Origin: the human T2T-CHM13v2.0 reference genome, Homo sapiens
DNA length: 64,000 nucleotides
Assembly (NCBI RefSeq): GCF_009914755.1
Contig: NC_060930.1
Reading direction: 5' to 3' (one strand)
Each line of letters opens with the position of its first letter. Position 1 is the first letter of the stretch. The notes under the pieces are model-generated. The model did not search any database. It saw only the letters and a list, made by a program, of their open reading frames with translations, and was not told the DNA's origin. The translations under genes and the position numbers were made by a program. Below are positions 12,288-24,793 of this stretch, piece by piece.

Positions 12288-12613
12288 GTACTGTACCACT
12301 GTTATATAACAGAAAGATTTTCTGAGTTACAGATGCAATTTTAAATATTCTTGTAGTCACACTTAAAAAAGGAAAAAAGAAATGGGTGCAATTAATTTTA
12401 ATAATATATTTTTATAGAACCAACTATGTCTAAAGTATGACCATTTCAATATGTAATCAATATAAACATTTTAATGAGATATTTTGTATTTTTTCATACT
12501 TCACTTTTAAATCCAATGTGTACTAAATGCTTCTGCAGATCTCAATCTGGACTTGCCACATTTAAATGCTTCATAGCCACACAGGGCTGGTGGCTGCCCC
12601 ACAGAAAGCACAG
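12288..12613. mobile_element. MER33-like hAT-Charlie element
   Basis: 'catttcaatatgtaatcaatataaa' and 'gccacatttaaatgcttcatagccacacagggctggtggct'. Confidence 0.75.
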
Positions 12614-13849
12614 CTTCACCACCTGTGCAGCTAAAGTCACTTGACATTCTATTTATATCTTCTATGTTTACATAATCTTTATTCTTTTTGTTTTGGTATC
12701 TTCAAGAATGTAGAGACCAGAGCACTAAAACTGAAAGTAACTTTGGGGGCCGGCGGGGAAGGAAGAAAACCCGTAGTAATATTGTTATTGTCTAGGGGTT
12801 TCTAATAATGCCTACAGAAACTGATGCTCTTAAGAGCATTTTCTCAGATTTCTGAAATCTTTTGAGTTCCATTGCATGCCCATTTAAGAACATGAGGCTC
12901 ATTTACCATATTTCCCCCTTGGCCAAGCAGAAATCTAAAAATAAACTCTTAGTTCTTAGGTTTGACCTAACTCTTTATATAAATATCCGTTTGCAGTTGT
13001 TATTTTAGAAAAAAATTCAATCCCCTAAGTCTTTTGGTTAAAACTTTAGGAAACTGATTTCTCTCCTGAACACTTCCTTCCTCTAAACCACATAGAGTTT
13101 GGGATGTGGGGGAAGGAAGCAACAGTCACATTTTATTTTGTTTTTTGTGTTTCCCACAAGAGAACAAAAGAGACAACCCCCACTCCACAAAATTTTTCTG
13201 CCATTTCCCTTTTCACCACCAAATTTTAAATGATGATTCGTGTGTGAAAAATTGGTCCCTTGATATAAAATTGAACTGTAAACTTTGTAGAGCTTTGGTC
13301 TGAAAAAGAATATCTTATCAAGTTTGGAAGTGCCCTATGGAAAACTGCCATGTCACATTTTCCCCTTTCTGTATCTCTGCCAATGTTTCCCCAACACCCG
13401 ATGCACAGCAGACAGCAATAGAGAGTGCTTGTTGAAGTAAATTTATTTTAATTAATTGGGGGAAATTCGATACAAATTTTGGATTCACTATTTTAAAAGA
13501 AAAGTGGTTTGTTATTTCCAAGTATATTGATGGAAACAGGAGAAATATTTGCATGAGAAAGGAATGATTTGTGAGGAAGAAATGACCTAAAGATGAGTTG
13601 GAAACTACTGGAACTTACAAGGCTCATCAGCTTCTAGGGGGTTCCTCCTTGACCCTATCTTTAAATGAAATTTTAATATAAACAAAATGTAAAAATTAAA
13701 AATAAAACAAAATATTTAAAAATACGTGTACAATTTTGGTCAAGAGAGATGTTAAGGTAGGTAGGAAACTTAGCAAGAAAACATGGTTATATTTAACTGG
13801 ATTAGAATGAAGGAATATATATATATGTGTATGTACATATATACATATA

Positions 13850-14206
13850 TAGTCATGCATTACTTAACAATGGGGATACATTTTGAGAAATAAATCATGA
13901 GGTGATTCCACCACTGTGCAAACATCATAGAGTGCTTACGCAAACTTAGATGGTATAGCCTACTACATGCCTATATGGCATAGCCTATTGCTTCTAGGCT
14001 ATAAACCTTTGCAGCTTGTGTCTTTACTGAATACTGTGTGCAATTGTAACACAGTGGTAAGTTTTTAATATGTAAACATATCTGAATATAGAAAAGGTAG
14101 TGCAAAAATACAGTATTATAATCTTATAGGACCAATAATCTTACAGGAACACCGTCGTAAAAGAGGCCCATCATTAACTGAAATGTCATTATGCAGTGCA
14201 TGACTG
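13850..14206 (+). mobile_element. Tigger3a (MER7A)
   Basis: Ends agtcatgca...tgcatgactg; homologous over its length to 2380-2724. Confidence 0.9.
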
Positions 14207-14379
14207 TGTGTGTGTATTTGTGTGTATTTGAAGACATATCTTATACAAAACAATGGATTGGGAAAAATATATGCAGTCAGAATGCCATCAGAAGACATGT
14301 AAGTGATATTCCTAATGTACAAATGACTACTAAAAGAAGTTGTAAATAAAGAAAAGAAAATGGGCCACAAACATTGTAT

Positions 14380-14800
14380 TTTCACTAGTGAATCAAGGAA
14401 ATGAAAAATATAAGAAAATTAGATGGAATATTTCACACACCAGATAAGCAAAAATTTAAAGAAGAAAACACTGTCCAACATTAGTGAAGTAGGCCCTCTA
14501 CTTAGCTGCTGGGAGTGTGACTTGCTCAAACCTTTTTAGAAATTAAACTGGAAATGGCTATTACAATTTAAAACATCATACACTTTTATTTAGCAATCCC
14601 AATTGAGGAATTACCAGTACATAAACACATGTCTATTAAAGGGTTTATTACTTATAAAGTAAAAGCTCTGTAATAAACAGGTGATTTTTCAGGTGGCAAA
14701 AACCTGAAAACAAGTTGAATGTTCATTACAGAGGGAATAGTTGAATAAATTATGATATGGTAATAATATGGGACATTATAGATCTATTAAAAATAATGAT
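14380..14800 (+). mobile_element. Ancient L1ME fragment (ORF2 end / 3' UTR)
   Basis: Degenerate 'ctgctgggagtgtga', 'tagcaatcccaatt', 'aatagttgaataaattatgata'. Confidence 0.55.
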
Positions 14801-15130
<330 letters not shown>

Positions 15131-15332
15131 TTATATAGGATGGTTAGTTTTGAGTGGCAGGACTCTGAGATTCTCCTGGCTTTCCCCAAATCACAATCTG
15201 GAGGAGAAAAGAGGGGCTTCCTCTTCCTGTCTCAAAAGCTATGCCTACCAAGCCTCACCCTTCCCATCCATACACAGAAATTTTTCTCTCAGTATCCAGT
15301 GGCCATGATTGGGACATTAAGTCTCTGTTTCA

Positions 15333-15503
15333 GGCCCAGTGTGGTGACTCACACTTGTAATCCCAGCAGGTGGAATGTGAAAAGGTGAGGCAGGAGGATC
15401 ACTTGAGCCCAGGAGTTGGAGGCTGCAGTGAGCTATGATCACACCACTCACTCCAGCCTGTGCAACAGAGCCAGACCCTGTCTCTAAAACAAAACAACCA
15501 ACA
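15333..15503 (+). mobile_element. Monomeric Alu (FRAM-like)
   Basis: Single monomer with 'gagttggaggctgcagtgagctatgatc' and A-rich tail. Confidence 0.85.
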
Positions 15504-16339
15504 AGCCTGAGCTTCAGCAGCATTAGTGGTGGGAAATCAGGCCTTCCTATGGCATCTTCCCAGTGGGAGGTAACTTTCGCTGTGTGGTTTGAGGGACAAA
15601 TCAACAGGGCACCCAGGAAGGTCTGTCCCATCCTGGTTTGAGAAGCCCCACTGTGCCCTCATCCAAAAGGAAGATCCAAGTACACACTTGGCTTGGGTTC
15701 TCCCCACTCCAGTTATCTTCTGGTTTCAGTCAGGCTGAGTGCCTGGCATTAATTAGGTACCCCAAATCTATTGCTTTTTCCTTTCATCTCATGCTTTTTA
15801 AAACTATTACAAAACTATATATATATTTTAAAAAACTGTTAATGTTAATTGAATATAAGATCCTAATGAGTTTAATTTGGTTATATAGTTATTTTAAGGT
15901 AGTGGAAATACAAAATGACACCATAATTTTAAAAACTGGTGGAAGGGTCAATAAGTCATCTGGCCTTATTTGGTTAGAATGCTCAAACAGAGAATTTGTA
16001 CCTGAAAACATAAAGTGTAATTTAAAAAAAAGCCAAAAAACAATTTAAAGTAAATATAGTAGACTTTATAGAGATTTCCATGGACTGATAGCTACCAACA
16101 ACATTAACACTAGCTATTTTTGCTCAAAACATTTTATCAAAGTATCTTTCATACCTGTGTGTAGGTTGTATAAAATCATAATTACTATTAAGGTCATATC
16201 TTCTCATATATATCTTAGAATTTAAAGTGATATTAATAAGCTGGATAATTTCCTTTAGGTAATAAATTTAACTTCAAAGAACATTTAGTGGCTTCAAATA
16301 AGAGTCTTCCTTTTAGGACATTGATTTGTCACTGTTCCA

Positions 16340-16520
16340 AAGTATGTGATGTTGACTTTGAAGGCAATTCCAAAAGAGGAGTTTCCAAAAATATTTGGAC
16401 AATGATAACATCAATCAAATTAACCCACAGCCTCCCAAGATGACTACTTAGACTGAAACAACATTCATTTAAATGCAAAACTCTGGCATGTTTGTTAAAA
16501 ATTAGTAACAATATATAATC
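16340..16520 (+). mobile_element. MARNA (ancient mariner) fragment
   Basis: 'aaggcaattccaaaagaggagtttccaaaaa...gcctcccaagatgactact' matches a degenerate mariner transposase C-terminus (LKAIPKEEF...SQxDY). Confidence 0.7.
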
Positions 16521-16556
16521 AGACTCGAGAGAGAGTGAAAGAAAATAATTGAAAGT

Positions 16557-16738
16557 GGCTGGGCATTGTGGCTCATACCGGTAATACTAGCATTTTGGGA
16601 GGCTGAGGTGGGAAGACCACTCGGGCCTAGGAGTTCAAGGTTGCAGGGAGCTATGATGGCACTCTGCACTCCTGCCAGGGTGAGAGAATGACACCCTGTC
16701 TCTAAAACAAATAAACAACAAACAAAAGAAAGAAAGAA
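16557..16738 (+). mobile_element. Monomeric Alu (FRAM/FAM-like)
   Basis: Single monomer 'ggagttcaaggttgcagggagctatgatggc' with A-rich tail. Confidence 0.85.
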
Positions 16739-17619
16739 GGCAGTTGAAACAATTCAGGAGTGGGGAAGCTTCCACCTTCATGTGGTGAGGCATCAAAAAT
16801 TTTAATGGTTTCTGCTGTTAAAATCTCCATTTTTCTGGCCTTGTTCTAAAATACTAGGGACTATGTTTCTATTTTTATTTATTTCTATGCTTACATTTTC
16901 AGGCCAGCAGTTAAATTCCTTTATTTGTTCATTTTTACGTCATTTCAAATAGAGTGTTTTAGGCAAAACTCCTCTCTAATTTTATTCCATAAAGTTGCTC
17001 TCTTCTTGAGAGTCCATAATTATAGTTTCAGGGCAGATAATGTTTTTCAATAAAGATTAAAATGAGTATTTTTTTCAGGTTTCCACCCTGGGCTGCTGTG
17101 TGTCCTACAACTCCAGGGGTAGGCTTGCCTTGCTCTTTTCAGATGACCCTGCACACACCACTTACTCCCAGTACACACAAATGGTACTCCCTGGGCCTGG
17201 GGATGCAGTAGCTTTGTCATACCTAATGTTATTTGTTGTGCTATATGTTTCAATCTTTAAAGCCTGAGATCCAAAGGGGAGCTTGCATAGCCATAATTAT
17301 AATTTTTATATGGTTCTAAATACTTTGTCCACGATACTTCGAAAGTGATGTTCATGCCTAATGAGATTATTGTAAATAAATTATATTTTATTTTTACAGA
17401 AGAGTATGCTATTTATAAAATATGAAGCTAGAAAAAGATGCAACTTATTTTCAAAAAGATATATCAAGGAGAGCAAACGTGGAGCACAGATGTCAATCAG
17501 GGAGTCAGGCAACTTCTTCATTGATTGCTTCATGAAAACACATAGTGTTTAGAGGATTTCTGTCCAAGTAAAGCCATTTAATAAATAACTCCTATCCCAG
17601 AAATAGTGTTCAGAAATCT

Positions 17620-17948
17620 CCATTCTGATTTTCAATAGTCCCCAGCTTCTCTTGCAGTTCAGTTGGCCTAGATGAATGCTCCACCAATGACCACAAGCAG
17701 AGGAACAAAGCGAGCTTCAGACCAAGGCTGCTAACGGTCTCAATAGGTTCCCTCCATGTCTCTTCCCTGCTGTAGTAGCCCAGGAGACTCTATGCTCCAG
17801 ACTTTGTTGCTCCAAGATGAGGAAAGGCTTCCTGACAGAATGAGACCGTGATGTGAGCTGATCTAGAATAAAACCTTTGTTGGATTACTCTACTGAGATT
17901 TGAGGGTCAATTTGAGACCATTAAGGCCCAGCCCATCCTAAGATAACA
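17620..17948 (+). mobile_element. Old MaLR LTR (MLT1I/J-like)
   Basis: 'cccagcttctcttgcagt' ... 'aataaaacctttgttgg...ctactgagatttgagggt'. Confidence 0.5.
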
Positions 17949-18207
17949 AAATATATGGTATTTGTAGATAGGGTATTTGATCAAATTATTACAAAACAAT
18001 ATGATCTGGGAAAACATGATCCATGTCCCCTTTAATTCTCTGCCTTTAGAGATTGTTGTGTAGTGTGTTTCACTTCAGGGATTTATTAAATAATCTGTGG
18101 AATGGGTACGTAACTACAAAATATACTATATATTGCACCACTTTCAAAGAATCATGGTATAATAAAATATCCAGCATTTTAAATTATATGGAAGAGAATT
18201 CACTTTA

Positions 18208-18310
18208 CCATATATCTTAGGTTCTAAGTCACACCTGATTCCACATCTTAACCCTCTAACATTCAGATACATCTTACACACAATAGCATCTTAGATTTGA
18301 TGAAAGATTT
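18208..18310. mobile_element. MER104-like Tc2 MITE
   Basis: 'ttctaagtcacac...catcttac...gcatcttagatttgatgaaa'. Confidence 0.55.
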
Positions 18311-19911
18311 TATTTTTTAGCACTTGGAAGCACATTTAGATCCTCTATAACCTTCAGTTTATTATTATATAACTAGATTATCATTAACCTGTAATAATAC
18401 TTGTTAACAGAGTGTCACACCATGATCTTTTTAAGTTGCAACAGCTACCGTAAAGCTGTTTCTTATACCTGTTCTGAATGTTCCATCCTGACTAACTCTC
18501 CATTTTTTGGAGTTCCGATCCTATCACGTGTTTCTTCCATTTTTACCCTTGCTTTTCACATGAGACTTTGCCCTCTGCATTGCTTTTCCAGCTACAACTT
18601 TTGTATCTTAACCACATTCTTTTTAAAATGTGGTCTCATAGAAGATTCAGTTTCCTCCTCTTCTTGCTCACCTTGGGCCTTGGACCCAGGGACCATGCTC
18701 CTTTGCGCTCAGTGAGGCCTCTTATTGCTGAGTCTTCTGCTGTGTTTATTCAAGCCCCGTGGTTCTTCAATATAAAAACCTCAGTGCAGTTGGGGAGAAG
18801 GTTGTAACAGCAATAGATTGCAAAAAACATCATTGCCTTCTTTGCCAAAGTTAGGTTTAATAATCAAACTTCATAACACTCTGGAAATTCCAGGAATACT
18901 TGAATTATCAAGCAATTCTCACAATTATTGGCCTCTTCAGAGGACCCAGAATCCCCAGGTAAATACAGTCTGAAAAATCTTGTTCATGAGTTTATCATTT
19001 AACAAATAGGCACCTTTAAACTTACCACACATAGTTTTATAGACTCAGCCTTGAAGCCACTAGCTGATACTCTGAGATCCTGTAGGAAATTACTACTTCA
19101 TAAAGGTACTTTTTCCCCTAGAGAACCAGGATTAATATTTCAATAAGTTTTTTGAAAATACCATAGTAGTAATTTTTTTCCTTAGCGAAAATAAACTGAA
19201 GTGGGACCCAAAAAAATCCTAAATGTTTATTAACAAAAGAATAATTACGTATGTTATTTTCAAACTTTGTGATCGAATGAAACTATTAAAATAAAAACTA
19301 GAAAGCCAATGTTGATACATGAAAGATTACCATGAAATAATGTAAAAGAAAGCAGAGCGAGAGTTTTCTCTACTTTAAGGTTAAAATCACAGCCACAGTT
19401 CCAGAGTAAGGACTTTAGCTCTGGGGGTTGCTTTGAATTCAACTTAATCTAAACATTCTCTATTTTTTTTAGATGGACTAACTGGGGAATGAGTGCTGTT
19501 GGGGATTCTATTTCTGTGACAACTTAAATAGCACTTCCAGAGAGGCAATAGTTGAACATATTGGAGTTTGTGACTGGTACTGTCACTGAGACTCAAAAGA
19601 AATATGGGCTAGGGAGGATGGAGAGGGTACAAGGGCTGTACATGCTGCTATTGGGAAGTTCGCCAAATAAGCCAGAGAGAGCACCATGATTCATAAGCTT
19701 GGTGCAGCGACACTGGTAGAGGTTTGGGTGAGAGGTGAAGACAGGAGGCAAGGGTAGAGGCCATGTTGATTGCAATATTTAGCGAATATCACTTGGATTT
19801 TCTTCAAACTCAACCTCTCTCCATAGCCTTTTCCCCCCATTCTCAAGCACTTGTGCCAAGTTTGAAGAGAAGCTAAAAATGGAAAAGAAGTCACATAAAT
19901 GAGCTGAACAA

Positions 19912-19959
19912 TGTGTGTGTGTGTGTGTGTGTGTGTGTCTGTGTGTGGATGTGTGCGTG
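19912..19959. repeat. (TG)n microsatellite, imperfect
   Basis: Read directly. Confidence 0.95.
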
Positions 19960-20369
19960 CTACAAAGAAGGTAAGAACTTTCTGTCTTGTATTCTAAAAA
20001 GAAGTTTTGATAATGTTGAGAGTAGAACCATTTTTCTATTCAGAGTAGTAAAGGCTGGTATAGAAGTGAGGCCAGACTCATTTCTATTACAGAGACTCAA
20101 GCTGTGGTCAGAACAGATGCAATTAGACACAAGAGAGGAATGGCATGGCCATTTGGAAACACATCGTTCCTGAATTAAATGGGAGAATACCTATTTTGCC
20201 ACTACATTTTTAATGTGTATATTTACTACATATGGTCTAGGGAAACATGAGTTATATAACTACATAAAGATACACATAGCAGAAGACGCTGACTAGGACT
20301 ATTCTTAAAGTCCTGGAACATGTGAGAGTACTTTGAAGTTGTAGACTGTATACATTAGTTGTTAAAAAC

Positions 20370-20560
20370 TTGGGCTTTAGAACAAGACTACCTGGGTTTG
20401 AGTCCTGGTTGCACCACTTCCTGATGTAACCTTCAGCAGATTCTGTAAACTTCTTTGTGCTTCAGTTTCTTCATCTTTAAAATGTGGTTGTGTGAGAATT
20501 AAATAAGCTAATACATATAACACGATAAGAATGGTTTCTGGCACGCAAAGTTTAGCTGTG
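20370..20560 (+). mobile_element. MIR
   Basis: 'cctgggtttgagtcctggtt', 'cttcagtttcttcatctttaaaatg', 'gtgagaattaaataag'. Confidence 0.8.
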
Positions 20561-20755
20561 AGGTGGTAATAATGACTGTGATCATGACAATGACTAGGGC
20601 TCAAAGCTGATGAAATAAAGGCCAGTTAATGACCTGTATTTCAAAGAAAATATCCAACAATTGGATCTAGGCATCTCTATAACTCATTTAGAAGTCTTGC
20701 CTTGTGAGCTTCAGTGACTACGTAAAAACTCTTTGCCTTCTCTCACAGACATATT

Positions 20756-20760
<5 letters not shown>

Positions 20761-20796
<36 letters not shown>
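20761..20796. repeat. (CA)18 microsatellite at an Alu tail
   Basis: Read directly. Confidence 0.97.
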
Positions 20797-20802
<6 letters not shown>

Positions 20803-20804
20803 TA

Positions 20805-21088
20805 TTTGAGACAGAGTCTTGCTCTGTTGCCCAGGCTGAAGCGCAGTGGCATGATCTTAGCTCACTGCAACGTCTGCCTCCTGAGGTTCAAGCAATTCTC
20901 CTGCCTCAGCCTTCCAAGTAGTTGTGATTACAGGTGTCTGCCACCATGCCTGGCTAATTTTTGTATTTTTAGTAGAGACAGGGTTTCACCATGCTGGCCA
21001 GGCTGGTCTTGAACTCCTGACCTTGTGATCTGCCCACCTTGGCCTCCCAAAATGCTGGGATTACAGGCATGAGCCACTGTGCCTGGCC
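20805..21088 (-). mobile_element. AluS (Sg/Sc-like)
   Basis: Full dimeric Alu reverse complement; A-tail position occupied by (CA)n. Confidence 0.95.
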
Positions 21089-21109
21089 TACATATATTAT
21101 TTGGGGGTA

Positions 21110-21520
21110 CTTCTGGGTACTATTAACAGAATGCAGAACAGTCGTAACACAATAGTGATTTACATTTTGCTCACATAAAATCCATGTGTGTATTATTGGT
21201 CAGCAATGGCTTTTCTCTATGGAGTCAATTAGGAATCAAAGCTTCTTGCATTCTGTATCTTGACCATCCCTCAGGGCATTAAAGTCCTCTTCATCCAATT
21301 GCAGAAGAGAGCAGAGAGAAGTTACCGCTTCTTAAAGGCTTGGGCCCGGTGCAGATACATCACCTTCATTTGTATTTCATTGGTAAGACCAAGTCGCATG
21401 GTCCTACCTACATGACAGGGGGGCTGGGAAACACAGTCTTTGAATGGGTCATGGTCTCTTAGAGACATATATACATCACGAAAGGGGAGCATGCATTTTC
21501 ATAGGCAGCTGGCTCTCCCT
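21110..21520 (-). mobile_element. Old MaLR LTR (MLT1K/L-like)
   Basis: 'ttcattggtaagaccaagtcgcatggtcctacct...gggctgggaaacacagtc'. Confidence 0.55.
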
Positions 21521-23945
21521 TCAACAAAAGCAAAGAAGGAGAGAGATTTGAAGAGAAATCGTGAATTGCAAGAAGGGGACAACAGGCATCTCATTCTTGA
21601 CTAAATGTTTATTGAGCTGCAGAACTGGTAGAGCCACCCGACACATCCCCTGGACAGAACATGAGGGAGATCTCAGGAGATCTTGATGTTTGTTCCCTGG
21701 AGTTAGGGGTCCAAATGTGAACATGAAGACTGGTGCTTATTTCTCAGCCGGTCATTTCATAAGGCAGAAGCCTCACTGGAGCAGCTGCATCAGTGGAGTC
21801 ACCAGGGTTGTAGGTTACATGGGAGGAACATGAAGGGAACATGGCCACCTGATGGACTAACTCCTAGTCCATCAGGGGTCCCACACAAGGACCTCAGGAG
21901 CTGCCATGGCTCAAGATCCTGTCTCAAAGAAACAACAACAACAACAACAACAAAAGAAGGTGCATAACACTTGAGAAAGAGGCAGCAGAAGATGTAGATG
22001 ATATGGAGCTGTTCAGATGATGCCCTCCCTTATGGAGGGGTTTGGAGGCATAGGTCCCTGTTGTAGCCAAAACAGAGATATGGTTGATCCTTTCTGAAGG
22101 GTTATTAAGTAAAGGAGAGATCACAGCAAAGCTGAAGAGTGCCCCTAAAAAATTGTGCATAACAATTATGTAGAGAGTCTCACATTGGTGGAGACTTCGA
22201 GAAATAGATTCTAGGGTCACCTTCCCTCAGCATCGGGCAGCCAGCTATGTATGACCCCTGCCATTTCTTCTATTTCTTCTTCCCATGTGACAGCTCACTG
22301 GAAGAGGGATGGGATGAGTAAAAGAGCAGACCATGTCTCTTAAGAACTACAGACACCCCCAGGTTAAAGACTAAGCCTTAGCTATGGGGAAGAAGAAATA
22401 CAACAGTAGAATTTGAAATGTGAAGAGTTGAATGAGGCTGTTCTAATATCTAAAAGGGACCAGAAAGCTACAACATCTTCCAGAGATACAATTAGGGGAT
22501 TAAAAAAAATCTTCAGATTATGGTTAAGTACAGTGATGGGAACAAAACAAAAATCAGAGCCCCCACCAACATATCAAGTATGTCCACATCAAGACAAACC
22601 TGCTGGGTAAACAGGTTTCCTAAATGCATAGGTAGAAAAGCCGGCATGCGGACTGGAAGACACCATTTTCTCTCTACTGTCTGAACTGATTGACTCATAT
22701 GGAGTCCATTAACTCTTATTTGCCAGCTTGGGTTTACCATAGAGAGGAAGGGACTGTGTGCCTGTTAAGCTTTGTAACATATCAGAGACCAAGTGGTATT
22801 TTTGTGGGGCATTTGTAACTGAGTACATCAAAGTGCAGACAGAGGGAGGAAGAAACTATTTTTCTTTTTCCATATGGCATTGAGAGCCTTGGTGCTGGTA
22901 GGATTGACAGAGACCTGTTCTTTGGAGGAGCAGAGACCAGGGAGAATCTTGGGAATTTAAATATTTAAGAGGGATATTTTAGGATCCAGGAACTCCTTCA
23001 CAAGCAAGTGAGGCCTTAAAGCTAATGAAATTCAGTTTGATGATTTAAATGTTTTCATTTATATCTATAAACTGGTGAGGCATTAGGACATATGGAGTTC
23101 AAGGATGAATAATTAAGAGGAATATTTATTCATCATTCATTTTTATCAAAATATTGAATACCTACTATGTGTCACACACAACGTTAGATGTTGGGCGTAC
23201 AATCAAGGGTAAAAATTTCATGTTCAACTGGGCTAAATTTGTGAAAACAAGTATAGAGAGCTTTAAATAAGTTACCTGATCTGGCCTGAGGGTGAAGAGG
23301 ATGGCTCAAGGAAGTGACACAAATGTTCAGTGTGTTAGGGTAATGGGAAACAGTGTTTTTATGTTTAGAAATTCCTTTAATGTTTTAATGCTCTTTCATA
23401 ATAAATAATAATCATAAAATAAAAGAAACAAAAATCTTGACATAGTGAACAAAATGAAAACTGCTTTAAAAGAACCTCACATTTCTCCTTGTAGTCTAAG
23501 TAAATCAAAAATTATTTAACTCTCTGATGAAAGGTCTTCGTCACCTAATTTCTACTTTTACTTCTTAATCCAAAGCATCTTTCATTTGTTCATTTCCCCT
23601 TTCTTTTATTCCATTTCATGTTGGGTCCTGCCATATCCTGTTCACTTCCCCCTTGAAACAAATCACCTTAAATATTTCTTCTTGGCCTATTCTGTAATTT
23701 CAAAATCCTAAGTAGTTTCAGAGGAAGAATATTAAACACAGTTGTGGTTCTGTCACCTTTTCTTGTTATATCCTGAAAAATTAAGAAAAAGATGGCTGCT
23801 GTGGCTTTAAGGAATAAATCAAGTTAGCTGAGGAACTCAACAGGCAGGAGTGCTTTGAAAGCAAATGATGAGTCTCTCGTGATTCTCAAGTAAAGCCTGA
23901 GAAAGTAGATTTAAATGCCCTGGTGTACTATAGAAGAGGCTGAAA

Positions 23946-23988
23946 AAACACTGACACAGGCATTCAAACACTGACACAGGCATTCAAA
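23946..23988. repeat. Perfect 20-bp tandem duplication
   Basis: aaacactgacacaggcattc twice, then aaa. Confidence 0.95.
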
Positions 23989-24024
23989 TCAGAGCATCCT
24001 CAATTCACACCTGTTTTTTAAACC

Positions 24025-24027
24025 CAT

Positions 24028-24075
<48 letters not shown>
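24025..24075. repeat. (CG)n(CA)n alternating purine-pyrimidine tract
   Basis: catgcgtgcgcgcgcg(ca)16cgt. Confidence 0.95.
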
Positions 24076-24076
<1 letters not shown>

Positions 24077-24429
24077 ACATGGAACGTTTCCTACTAGCCT
24101 GTAAACTGAATATAGGCTAAAAAGGTAGAACTATTAATAAATTTAGACCTTAATATTAACTGAAACATTTAGGTGGTGAGTGATATAAAATTTTCCTCCT
24201 GAAAATTAGAGTTTTCTCTTCATTTCAATGTAATAGCAATGAGCAGTCCACCTCAATGCTGTATATGTGATTCTCCTAGCTTCATTATATAGATATCAAT
24301 ATAATTGCAGGAATATTACAAATATTAAAGACAAATAATAATATTCTCATGGACTCACTTAGTTGCTTGAATTGAGGCAGCCCTCAAAATTTTTCATAAT
24401 CCCATCCAACTTCCATTTGACTCAGATCA

Positions 24430-24793
<364 letters not shown>

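Noticed and set aside
15638-16048. 136-aa ORF
   Set aside because: TTG start, AT-biased composition, no known domain or supporting splice structure.
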